Shown here in pieces: positions 7,803 to 15,179 of a stretch of DNA of 15,473 nucleotides. The translations under genes were made by a program, and so were the position numbers. Positions within the stretch are counted from its first letter, which is position 1, and the number at the start of each line of letters is the position of its first letter. Below the pieces are notes generated by a model. That model was not told the origin of the DNA and made no database searches. It worked only from the letters and a program-made list of their open reading frames with translations. This DNA is from an uncultured Acidobacteriota bacterium. Its GTDB lineage: Bacteria > Acidobacteriota > UBA6911. Location: assembly GCA_963843575.1 (NCBI GenBank), contig CAWJKZ010000006.1, positions 1 through 15,473 on the forward strand. Reading direction: 5' to 3'.

Positions 7803-8062
7803 CCCGGACGTCTTTTGGTCTGAGCTATATAGCGACCAGCGTCCGGGCTGAAGAGGCTGTCCAACGGTTGAACCACCCGCCCCGCCCGTAAAGCAAGTGG
7901 GTCCGGGCTTCAGCCCGGACGTCTTTAAATCCGTTCCATAGAGTTCCACCTGCCCTGCATGGCGACCGCAAACAGCGTCCGGGCTGAAGCCCGGACCCAC
8001 GTGTGTCTTGTTTGGATCGGGCAGATCAACCGTTGGACAGCCTCTGAAGCCCGGACCCACTT
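7783..8062. repeat. Cluster of REP-like palindromes GTGGGTCCGGGCTTCAGCCCGGAC arranged as two inverted pairs
   Basis: Forward copies at 7786-7809 and 7897-7920 (33-bp context 7783-7815 vs 7894-7926, 2 mismatches). Reverse copy at 7977-8000. A split reverse copy at 7841-7853 plus 8044-8060. GTGG foot plus hairpin is the REP architecture. Confidence 0.85.
7853..8044. mobile_element. Non-autonomous MITE-like insertion with terminal inverted repeats and target-site duplication
   Basis: gaggctgtccaacggttga (7853-7871) is the exact reverse complement of tcaaccgttggacagcctc (8026-8044). It is flanked by duplicated TGAA (7849-7852, 8045-8048), or by CTGAAG if the ends are 7854/8043. Removing it restores an intact REP. 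Confidence 0.75.
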
Positions 8063-8073
8063 CACAGCGCCAT

Positions 8074-8529
8074 TCAGAAAGCCACGCCGTGCTTCGCCTC
8101 GGCGGGACCCGTCAGGTCGAGGACGCCGCCGCCGAGTACGGCCCGAACCGGCCTGCAGCGCGCCAAGTCCGGCGGGGTGGGCCCGTCCGAATCTACAGAC
8201 CAAATGACGAGGTCCGCGGCGGCGCCCGGCGCAATCGTGCCGCGCCCGGGGATCCGGAACCGGCGGGCGGCCTCGGACGTCCAGCGGGACAGTGTCTCGG
8301 CCGGGTCGCCCGACAGTTCGGACGGGGCGCGGTAGCGTTCGGCTTCAGCGCGGGTGAGCGCGTCCATGCCGAACCAGCGGGGGACCTTTACGGAGCGGGC
8401 CGGGTCGGCAGTCCCCGGACCCAGCACCCAGCCCCTTGCGCCGGCGGCGAACCACTCGGCGAGCAGCAGGTCCCAGTCGGGTCCGGCATCCGGGGGTGCC
8501 CCGGTCACGACGAAGCCCGAGTTCACCAT
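8074..8529 (-). CDS. Amidohydrolase-like C-terminal segment; probable frameshifted 3' part of the upstream M14 gene
   Basis: WTSEAARRFRIPGRGTIAPGAAADLVIW...RAVLGGGVL matches the C-terminal TxxxAxxxxxxxxGxIxxGxxADLVI pattern of metal-dependent amidohydrolases; overlaps the M14 ORF in another frame. Confidence 0.6.
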   Translation of the reverse strand: MVNSGFVVTGAPPDAGPDWDLLLAEWFAAGARGWVLGPGTADPARSVKVPRWFGMDALTRAEAERYRAPSELSGDPAETLSRWTSEAARRFRIPGRGTIAPGAAADLVIWSVDSDGPTPPDLARCRPVRAVLGGGVLDLTGPAEAKHGVAF

Positions 8530-9868
8530 TCCCCGCCGCGGAGTGCAGGCGGGCCGCGGCCGGGGATCTTGCCGACAGGCCGTCCCCGGGGATGCTGCGC
8601 AGGACCGTCAGGACGCCGCGCCTCAGATAGTTCTCGTCCGCCGCCGGGTCGATTGCCCCCGTCGTCGCAGGATCCCAGGCGATCAGCCCGGGGGTGATCA
8701 GGGTGCCAACGCAGTCCATCGACTGGTGGGCGGTGTAGACCCCGAGATCCCCGATGTCGGCGATGATCGCCGCGCCCCGCGCTGCCCGGCGCGCATCCCC
8801 CCGTATGGCAATGTCCCCCTTGAACACGGGGGTTGCCGCGCCGGTGTATATCCACGCGTTCTTCAGCAGCAAGTCGAATATCGGGGTGTCGCTGTTCATT
8901 CTCAGGGCGTCGAACACCGCGGGATTCGCCTGTCCGACGCGCCCGGTGGCCAGCGAATTCAGCACCGCGAGGATCCCGACGAAGTTCAGCTTCACCGGGA
9001 AGCCGGGGCCTTGTTCGAACGAGTATCCACCGCTTTCGATCAGGACGACCGGCGTTCCCCACTGGGTGAGGTTGTCGCCGAACGCGCGCGGGTTGTACGA
9101 CTCGTCGTAACGGGAGATGTGCCCGTAGGCGAAGGGCGACAGCGCATCGTAGAGCACCGCCGCGACCCTCCGGGTCAACAGGGAATCATTGTCCGCGGGT
9201 GCGGAGCCGGCCCCGACCGCCAGCAGTGCGATGGTCGCCACTTCGCCCGTGTCCCCTACCGTCGTGAGGCTGTTCTGGTCGTGCAGGTTGAAGCCGAGGA
9301 ACGGGAGATATCGATCGCGCACGGATTTGAGGACCCGCCCTTCGGGAGTCTGCAGGGCGCGCGCATCCCGGTTGATGTCGATCTCCTGGGCGTTGCGGCG
9401 CTGGTTGAGCTCCGCGCCGTCGGGATTCAACATGGGAATGCACAGCAACGTGTATTTCCCGAGGATCTCTTCGACCCAGGGCTCGCCGCGGTGGCGGCAC
9501 AGGAACTGGAAGAGGTCCAGCAGCGAACTGGTGGCGGTGGCCTCGTCGCCGTGCATCTGGGACCAGAGGAGGATCTTGTCGGCCCCCGTCCCCAGTGTCA
9601 CCAGATAGAGTTCCCGGCCAAGCACCGACTTCCCGGCCTGCTCGAGACGGGCGGTCTGGGGAAACTCGGCAATCAGCGCCTGGAGCCTGCGCTTCAGGTC
9701 CGCGTGCGTCAGGGAGCGCGGATCGTCCGGCGAGACGCGCTCTTTCTCCCACAGCGCACCCAGCCGTCTCACATCGACTTCGTATAGGTCCCCCGCCGGG
9801 AGGGATCCGACCGCCGCCAGCAAGGCAGATCCAAAAACGACACCCGCGAACCACGTCGATGCGTCCAT
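8345..9868 (-). CDS. Secreted M14-family zinc carboxypeptidase with amidohydrolase-like C-terminal extension (true end probably 8074 after a frameshift)
   Basis: Signal peptide; GKSVLGR, SQMHGDE (HxxE), NPDG, RRNAQEIDINRD, LHDQ, LIESGG; then FDLLLKNAWIYTG...DIAIRGD...IADIGDL...LITPGLI. GAGGG SD before ATG 9868. The sequence turns Arg/Gly-rich and non-protein-like after about 8550. Confidence 0.85.
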   Translation of the reverse strand: MDASTWFAGVVFGSALLAAVGSLPAGDLYEVDVRRLGALWEKERVSPDDPRSLTHADLKRRLQALIAEFPQTARLEQAGKSVLGRELYLVTLGTGADKILLWSQMHGDEATATSSLLDLFQFLCRHRGEPWVEEILGKYTLLCIPMLNPDGAELNQRRNAQEIDINRDARALQTPEGRVLKSVRDRYLPFLGFNLHDQNSLTTVGDTGEVATIALLAVGAGSAPADNDSLLTRRVAAVLYDALSPFAYGHISRYDESYNPRAFGDNLTQWGTPVVLIESGGYSFEQGPGFPVKLNFVGILAVLNSLATGRVGQANPAVFDALRMNSDTPIFDLLLKNAWIYTGAATPVFKGDIAIRGDARRAARGAAIIADIGDLGVYTAHQSMDCVGTLITPGLIAWDPATTGAIDPAADENYLRRGVLTVLRSIPGDGLSARSPAAARLHSAAGNGELGLRRDRGTPGCRTRLGPAARRVVRRRRKGLGAGSGDCRPGPLRKGPPLVRHGRAHPR

Positions 9869-9896
9869 CTCGTCCCTCGCATTCGCTGTTCCGGAC

Positions 9897-9905
9897 TGCT
9901 ATGGT
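9897..9905 (+). promoter_or_regulatory. Possible extended -10 (TG-c-TATGGT) for the 9960 gene
   Basis: TGcTATGGT lies in the divergent intergenic region about 55 bp before ATG 9960. Confidence 0.3.
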
Positions 9906-9959
9906 ATCAGAACGGGCCGGCCGCCACGGCAATTTGCATCCCGGCCTCCCCCTATCTCT

Positions 9960-10529
9960 ATGATGAAAATGCTGGTCCTGTCTATGATCTGGCTGCCACA
10001 ACTGCCGCCGAAACCGATCGCTCCTGCGCCTCCCTCCGACAATCACGCGCCGCTGGACAAGAGTGCGTACTTCGCGTTCGTGGACCGCGAGTACATCTTC
10101 ACCATCGAGATGATCAAGCCGGGCATACCCCTGTTCAACTTCATCTCGATGACCGACGCCGAACAGTTACTCCCCGCAAAAGAGGTTCGGCTGACCCTCG
10201 ACGGCCGGAAGGCCCCCGGCAAGTTCTTTCTGGTGGACACGGGCAACCCTAAGGAGCCCGTGATCATCCCATCCGTCCGGCTGCGACCGAAATCCTCGTT
10301 TGGCGTCCGGTTGCAGGGGGACTTCGGCGACGCCCGGGAACTGTTCGGCGTCACCGTGCGTTGCGGTCCGAACGATTTTTCCCTCGTGCCCCTATCAAGC
10401 TTCGAGTTCGAGAATCTGGCCCTCAAAGTGAACCGTCTCAACCTGGGATCCCCGGACTTGCGGGACGACTGGCGGGTCCTCAAACTCGAGGCGATGGGGA
10501 CCAGGGCGCCGGCCGTCCGGCGCCGTTGA
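9960..10529 (+). CDS. Hypothetical protein, probably exported, beta-rich
   Basis: Fills the gap between genes with host-like G/C-ending codons and normal amino-acid composition; hydrophobic N-terminus plus Pro-rich linker. No family recognised. Confidence 0.75.
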   Translation: MMKMLVLSMIWLPQLPPKPIAPAPPSDNHAPLDKSAYFAFVDREYIFTIEMIKPGIPLFNFISMTDAEQLLPAKEVRLTLDGRKAPGKFFLVDTGNPKEPVIIPSVRLRPKSSFGVRLQGDFGDARELFGVTVRCGPNDFSLVPLSSFEFENLALKVNRLNLGSPDLRDDWRVLKLEAMGTRAPAVRRR

Positions 10530-10553
10530 ACTGCGGTTTTCCTGGCTGCGATA

Positions 10554-10583
10554 CAAGCGGGTCCGGGCTCTCGGGCCGGGGAC
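10554..10583 (+). repeat. Degenerate copy of the 7.8-kb REP
   Basis: caagcgggtccgggct (10554-10569) matches caagtgggtccgggct (7894-7909) at 15/16; the 3' arm has decayed. Confidence 0.45.
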
Positions 10584-10669
10584 TGCCTCGGTCTACGCCG
10601 CAAGAAACGACACAGAGCGACATTAGTTCATGCGCGACTTGGCGTCTCGGGGTGCCGCGCCCCCGCTTT

Positions 10670-10748
10670 GAGAATCTTCGAGCCCTTTGAAAAACCTTGG
10701 AGGTCAAAAACCAACCTCCAAGACTTCTCGAAGGTCTCCAAGAATCTC
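10670..10748. repeat. Long imperfect inverted repeat (35-bp arms, 9-nt loop) between convergent genes
   Basis: 10670-10704 versus the reverse complement of 10714-10748 match at 28/35; the inner 9 bp (cttggaggt/acctccaag) pair perfectly. Confidence 0.75.
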
Positions 10749-10838
10749 GCCGCGCTCCGGCATATCCACGGTGCTCTCAGGCGTACTCCGGATGATGCGC
10801 AATCATCTATGAGGTTCTGTATAAATCAACCGACTGGG

Positions 10839-12653
10839 TCAGTCGGCCAGGAAGATGCGGTTGCCCCCCTGCCCCTTGGCCCGGTACATGGCGAGGTCGG
10901 CTTTCTCGATGAGTTGCTCCGCGTCGGTGGTGGGGGAAAACTCGGCGATGCCGACGCTGGCGGTGATCTGGCCGCTGAAGTGCTGGCTCAAGTGCGAGAG
11001 TATCCGCTCGGTGACGATGCGAGCCTCGCCGCAAGTGGTTTCGGGCATCATGATCGTGAACTCGTCTCCTCCGTAGCGGAAACACATGTCGACGCTCGCA
11101 CGCACGAGGCTGCGGATCAGGGTGGCGGTCTCGCGCAGTGCCTGGTCGCCCCGCACGTGTCCGCGGCTGTCGTTGTACTGCTTGAGGCCGTCCAGGTCGA
11201 AAAAACAGAGCGAGAAGGTACGGTTGAACCTTCGGCTGCGTTCGATTTCGCTCGCGAGCGCCGAGAAGAAGCGGCGCTGGTTGAACAGGCCCGTCAGGTC
11301 GTCGGTGATCGACAGGGCTTCGAGCCGCTGGTGCAGCAGGACGGTCTCGGTGATGTCGCGCACCAGGCAGAGGAAACCGACGGGGTCGTTGTCCGAGTTG
11401 TACACGCGCTGGATCGCCACGTCGAGGTAAGCCTGACCTGCGTTGGTGGTGTGGTAGAGACGGCTCCTTTCCAGGAGGGATGAAACGGGATCGGAGACGA
11501 ACGCGGAGAGTTCCTCCTGGAACCGCGAGTTGGAGAAGAGTGTCAGGATATCCTTGCCGACGATCTGCTGGCGCGGCATGTGAAAGATCTGTTGGGCGCC
11601 GATCGACACCGTGATGACGTAGCCGTGCAGGTCGGTCGAAATGATGGCGGCGTCCTTGGCGGACTGCAGGATGGCCTGCATGTACTCGTTGGATTGTTGC
11701 GCATGCTGGAACTGGCGCAGGTTTTCGAACGCCGAGGCGACCAGCGAGGCCAGCCCTTCCATGGTGTTCAGGTCTTCGGGCGGGAAGGCGTCGAGCCGGT
11801 TGCTCTCGAACGACAACACGCCGAGGAGGTTTCCGCGTACTCTCAATGGGACGACCAGGTGGCTCCCGCGGGCCTGTCCTTTGCCATCCTCCCCGAGCAG
11901 GTTGTTGTTGTGGAGCATCTTCTCCAGCCGTAGGCACTCCTCGACCATCGGCGGGGCGGCGGCCGGGGGGGCCGCTTTGCCCCCTTTGCTGGCGTGGCCC
12001 ACGAGTTGGAGCGGTTCCTGCTTCGACCCGAGCCGCCACATCTGCACCCGGTCGTAGTCGAATCCTCTGCGCAGCAGTTCGGCAGTGCGGCGCAGGAACT
12101 CGCCCACGTCCTCGACCAGGACCGCCTGTTTGGCGATCTCGCTGACGATTTCCAATTGGCGGCCGTGCCGCCGCTCCATGTAGTGGGTGTCGGAGTTCTC
12201 GACGGCGAGGGCGAGGTGCGTCGCGAGATGCCGCACAAAACGATGTTCGGCGGGGGAGAATTCCCGGGCGACGGCAAGCCCCACGACCAGCACGCCCTTG
12301 CGCTTGCCCTGCCAGTTCAGCGGCAGATAGGCGGCCGCCAGATCATCCGGCCCCAGGAGATAAGCGCGTTCCGCGCCGTCCTGACGGCTCGACTCCCCGA
12401 AGACCGCCGCGAGTTGGCGCTGCTCGGCAAGCGACGTGCGCAGCCGCGAGTCCTCCAGCGGGACGATCTTCGGCCCGACCAGCGGAGCCTCCGGATCGGC
12501 CTCGACCGAGTAGAGCGTGACCGTGATCTCGCTGGCCCGCTGCTGCACCAACGTGAGCCGCCCGACGGCAAGCCGCTCCTCCAGCATTCCGCGGCAGTTG
12601 CGCAGGATGTCCTCCAGGACGAGCGATCCGTAGACCGAGGCTGCAAGCCGCAT
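10839..12653 (-). CDS. Cytoplasmic diguanylate cyclase, GAF-GAF-PAS-GGDEF
   Basis: Two GAF-like segments (AAYLPLNWQGKRKGVLVVG...LALAVEN; HLVVPLRVRGNLLGVLSFES...ASAFEN), PAS (AIISTDLHGYVITVS...VGFLCLVRDITE), and GGDEF (TDDLTGLFNQR, DLDGLKQYNDSRGHVRGD, RYGGDEF, ASVG, ADLAMYRAK). Start is uncertain: ATG 12653, or GTG near 12729. Confidence 0.92.
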   Translation of the reverse strand: MRLAASVYGSLVLEDILRNCRGMLEERLAVGRLTLVQQRASEITVTLYSVEADPEAPLVGPKIVPLEDSRLRTSLAEQRQLAAVFGESSRQDGAERAYLLGPDDLAAAYLPLNWQGKRKGVLVVGLAVAREFSPAEHRFVRHLATHLALAVENSDTHYMERRHGRQLEIVSEIAKQAVLVEDVGEFLRRTAELLRRGFDYDRVQMWRLGSKQEPLQLVGHASKGGKAAPPAAAPPMVEECLRLEKMLHNNNLLGEDGKGQARGSHLVVPLRVRGNLLGVLSFESNRLDAFPPEDLNTMEGLASLVASAFENLRQFQHAQQSNEYMQAILQSAKDAAIISTDLHGYVITVSIGAQQIFHMPRQQIVGKDILTLFSNSRFQEELSAFVSDPVSSLLERSRLYHTTNAGQAYLDVAIQRVYNSDNDPVGFLCLVRDITETVLLHQRLEALSITDDLTGLFNQRRFFSALASEIERSRRFNRTFSLCFFDLDGLKQYNDSRGHVRGDQALRETATLIRSLVRASVDMCFRYGGDEFTIMMPETTCGEARIVTERILSHLSQHFSGQITASVGIAEFSPTTDAEQLIEKADLAMYRAKGQGGNRIFLAD

Positions 12654-12756
12654 TTGCCCGCGCTTTCCGCGACGCTGCCGGCGAACGTGCGCCGATGGAT
12701 TCCCCGCAACCGGCAGGGAAACCAGCACGTCCGTTGCCGCCAGGGACTGCCCGCCG

Positions 12757-13971
12757 TCAACCTTCCGGCGCCTGGAGCGCGGTTCTGAACGCGGCCGCGA
12801 CTGTCTCGATCCAATCATTTAGGGTTGCCTCCTCGATTCCGCCGGCCTGCGCAAACTCGGGCCGGCCACCGCCTCTGCCGCCCAGCCTGGAGGCGGCTTC
12901 CTTCACCCAGGAGCCGGCGCTCCCCGGTATGTCGGCGGCCCGGGCGACGACTATCTGGCCACTGCCGCCCGCGACCGTTCCCAGGATGGCCACGACCCTG
13001 GCCCGCGCCGACGCCTTCTGCGCCAGCAGCTTCACCTCTTCGACCGGGCGCCCTGAATACACGCGCTTGACGAGGAACACCTCGCCGTACTTATCGGCAA
13101 CCTGCACCAGATTTGAAGCTTCAAAATCGAGAAGCTGCTCCTGGAGTTGCGCGTTGGCCCGCCTGGCGGCTGCCTGCTCCGCGAGCAGCTTTTCGCCCAG
13201 CCTCGGCAGTTCGTCGGGGTGCGCGGAGAAGAGCCGCCCGAGCTGCTTAAGGGTGCCATGCTCGTGTCGAAACAGCCGGAACGCCCGCAGGCCGCACACG
13301 AATTCGATGCGGGTCCCCCCTTTGTACCGCTCCGACCCCAGAACCGAAACGAAGCCGATTTCCCCGGAGCGGCGCACGTGAGTGCCCCCACACGGGGAGC
13401 GATCGAATCCGTGCACGTCGATGACCCGGATCAACCCCTCGCGCTGCGATTCCTTGCGCACCCCGAGCGCCGACAGCTCGCTGCGGTCGACCGAGATCGT
13501 GGAGACCGGCCGGTCCTCCATCACGATGCGGGTGGCCAGCTCTTCCGCCGCGCAGATCGCGCCGGGATCGGGTTGGGGCATGTCGACGTCGATGGTCGAT
13601 GTTTCGGGGCCAAGGTGGAACGACACCGTGGCGGCCCGGGCGGCCTGGACGAACGCCTGGGACAGGATGTGCTGCCCGGTGTGCTGCTGCATGTGGTCGA
13701 ACCGGCGTTCCCAGTCGATGCGTCCCTCCACCGGACCGGGCGCTAACGGCACATCGAGGGCATGCACGATCCGTCCTGCGGCGTCTTCCTCTACTGAGAC
13801 GACCCGCGCGGGCCCCAGGGCCCCCCGGTCATGTGGTTGTCCGCCGGAGGTGGGGTAAAACGCGGTCCGATCGAGCACGACGGCGGGTGATCCGCCGACT
13901 GAGAGCTGCTCGAGGACGGTGGCGCTGAAGGACGTGAGGTATGCGTCCTCGTAGTAGAGATGCTCGGTCAA
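12757..13971 (-). CDS. AlaX-type free-standing alanyl-tRNA editing protein with C-terminal DHHA1-like domain
   Basis: LYYEDAYL, LDRTAFYPTSGGQPHDRG, Zn ligands QHTGQH (HxxxH) and CGGTH (CxxxH), RIEFVCG, GGRGGGRPEFAQAGG. TTG start with AGGAG SD. Confidence 0.92.
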   Translation of the reverse strand: MTEHLYYEDAYLTSFSATVLEQLSVGGSPAVVLDRTAFYPTSGGQPHDRGALGPARVVSVEEDAAGRIVHALDVPLAPGPVEGRIDWERRFDHMQQHTGQHILSQAFVQAARAATVSFHLGPETSTIDVDMPQPDPGAICAAEELATRIVMEDRPVSTISVDRSELSALGVRKESQREGLIRVIDVHGFDRSPCGGTHVRRSGEIGFVSVLGSERYKGGTRIEFVCGLRAFRLFRHEHGTLKQLGRLFSAHPDELPRLGEKLLAEQAAARRANAQLQEQLLDFEASNLVQVADKYGEVFLVKRVYSGRPVEEVKLLAQKASARARVVAILGTVAGGSGQIVVARAADIPGSAGSWVKEAASRLGGRGGGRPEFAQAGGIEEATLNDWIETVAAAFRTALQAPEG

Positions 13972-13996
13972 GGATCCTGCTCCTGGTCACTGCACC

Positions 13997-15163
13997 TCAA
14001 TTGAGAAGTTCGAGATACTTCAGCCCGGTCCCCGTATTGAACAGGACCACGACTTCGTCTGGGCCCAGCCAGCTGTCGCGCACGAGCCGCCGGAGCGCGG
14101 GAATGCATGCGGCCCCCTCGGGGCACAGGAACAACCCCTCGAGCCGGCCGCAGAGTCTCATTGCCGCGACGATCTCGTCGTCGTCCACGGCGACCGCGAT
14201 GCCGCCGCTTCGGCGCAGCGCGTCGAGGATCAGGAAATCCCCGAGCGCGCGCGGCACCCGGAGACCGGAGGCGATCGTGCGGGCGTTCTGCCAGGTCTCC
14301 GCCACGGACGCGCCCGCGGCAAAGGCACGGACGATGGGCGCACACCCCGAGGACTGGACCGTCACCATGCGCGGGCGGCGCGAATCCAACCAGCCCAGCG
14401 TTTCCATCTCCGAGAACGCCTTCCACATGCCGATCAACCCGGTACCTCCGCCCGTCGGATAGAGGACCACGTCCGGCAGATGCCAGTCAAACTGCTCCGC
14501 CAGCTCGTACCCCATCGTTTTCTTGCCTTCGATCCGGTACGGTTCCTTCAGGGTTGAGACATCGTACCACCCTTCGCTCAGTTTGCGTTCGGCAACAATG
14601 CGGCCGCAGTCGGTGATCAAGCCATCGACGAGCTCCACGCGTGCGCCGAAAACCTGTGCCTCGATGACGTTGGCCCTGGGAGTGTCTGCAGGCATGAAGA
14701 TGAACGACTCCATGCCGGCATGCGCGCCGTAGGAGGCCATGGCCCCGGCCGCGTTCCCGGCCGACGGGATGGCGAGCCTGCGGACGCCCAGTTCCCTGGC
14801 CATGCTCACCGCCGCGCACAGGCCGCGCGCCTTGAACGAGCCCGTCGGGTTACCGGCTTCCTCCTTAATGTAAGGCGCGACAACCCGAGTTCGCGTCCCA
14901 GCCGCGGGGCGTGCACCAGCGGCGTGAACCCTTCCCCGAGCGAAACCACGTGGGCAGGATCCTGTACCGGCAGAAGCTCGGCGTAGCGCCACATCGTCGG
15001 AGGCCTGTCGCGCAGGCACTCGCGCGTGAACGACGCCCGCGCCCGCTGCAGATCGTAACGTGCGAGCAGGGGCGACCCGCAGCTGCACAGCGTGTGCGGC
15101 AGACCCTTCGGGTATGCGCGGGCACATTCGGACAATCGAGCCGGTCGAGGAAGGTAAGACGAT
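13997..15163 (-). CDS. thrC: Threonine synthase (fold-type II PLP enzyme) with apparent single-base frameshifts near 14872, 15131 and the start codon
   Basis: The N-terminal part is in other frames (LDC.ECA...CSCGSPLLARYDL, MWRYAELLP, SLGEGFTPL). It then continues YIKEE.GNPTGSFKARG (PLP Lys), SAGNA, RIEGKKTMGYE, PTGGGTGL, PEGAA, FNTGTGLKY. AAAGGA SD lies upstream of the inferred start near 15163. Confidence 0.85.
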   Translation of the reverse strand: MVLPSSTGSIVRMCPRIPEGSAAHAVQLRVAPARTLRSAAGAGVVHARVPARQASDDVALRRASAGTGSCPRGFARGRVHAAGARPAAGTRTRVVAPYIKEEAGNPTGSFKARGLCAAVSMARELGVRRLAIPSAGNAAGAMASYGAHAGMESFIFMPADTPRANVIEAQVFGARVELVDGLITDCGRIVAERKLSEGWYDVSTLKEPYRIEGKKTMGYELAEQFDWHLPDVVLYPTGGGTGLIGMWKAFSEMETLGWLDSRRPRMVTVQSSGCAPIVRAFAAGASVAETWQNARTIASGLRVPRALGDFLILDALRRSGGIAVAVDDDEIVAAMRLCGRLEGLFLCPEGAACIPALRRLVRDSWLGPDEVVVLFNTGTGLKYLELLN

Positions 15164-15179
15164 GCTCTGTCCTTTGGGG

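Noticed and set aside
7783-8062. CRISPR array
   Set aside because: Repeats alternate in orientation, spacing is irregular, one copy is split by an insertion, and no cas genes are present; the REP/MITE model explains it better.
7782-8207. Small ORFs over the repeat region (7782-8060 -, 7925-8203 -, 7959-8207 +)
   Set aside because: Their repeated peptides (KTSGLKPGPT, TVGQPL) are just translations of the REP and TIR sequences; no evidence of real coding.
8354-9787. 477-aa + strand ORF, and similar long alternative ORFs (2804-3805, 2859-3674, 3982-4938, 10668-11483, 10807-12039, 11994-12788)
   Set aside because: These are shadow ORFs overlapping motif-supported genes, as expected from stop-codon scarcity in high-GC DNA; no recognisable motifs.
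12757-12818. ORF-track start of the diguanylate cyclase at 12818
   Set aside because: It overlaps the AlaX gene and encodes a low-complexity Arg-rich stretch; a later start is more plausible.
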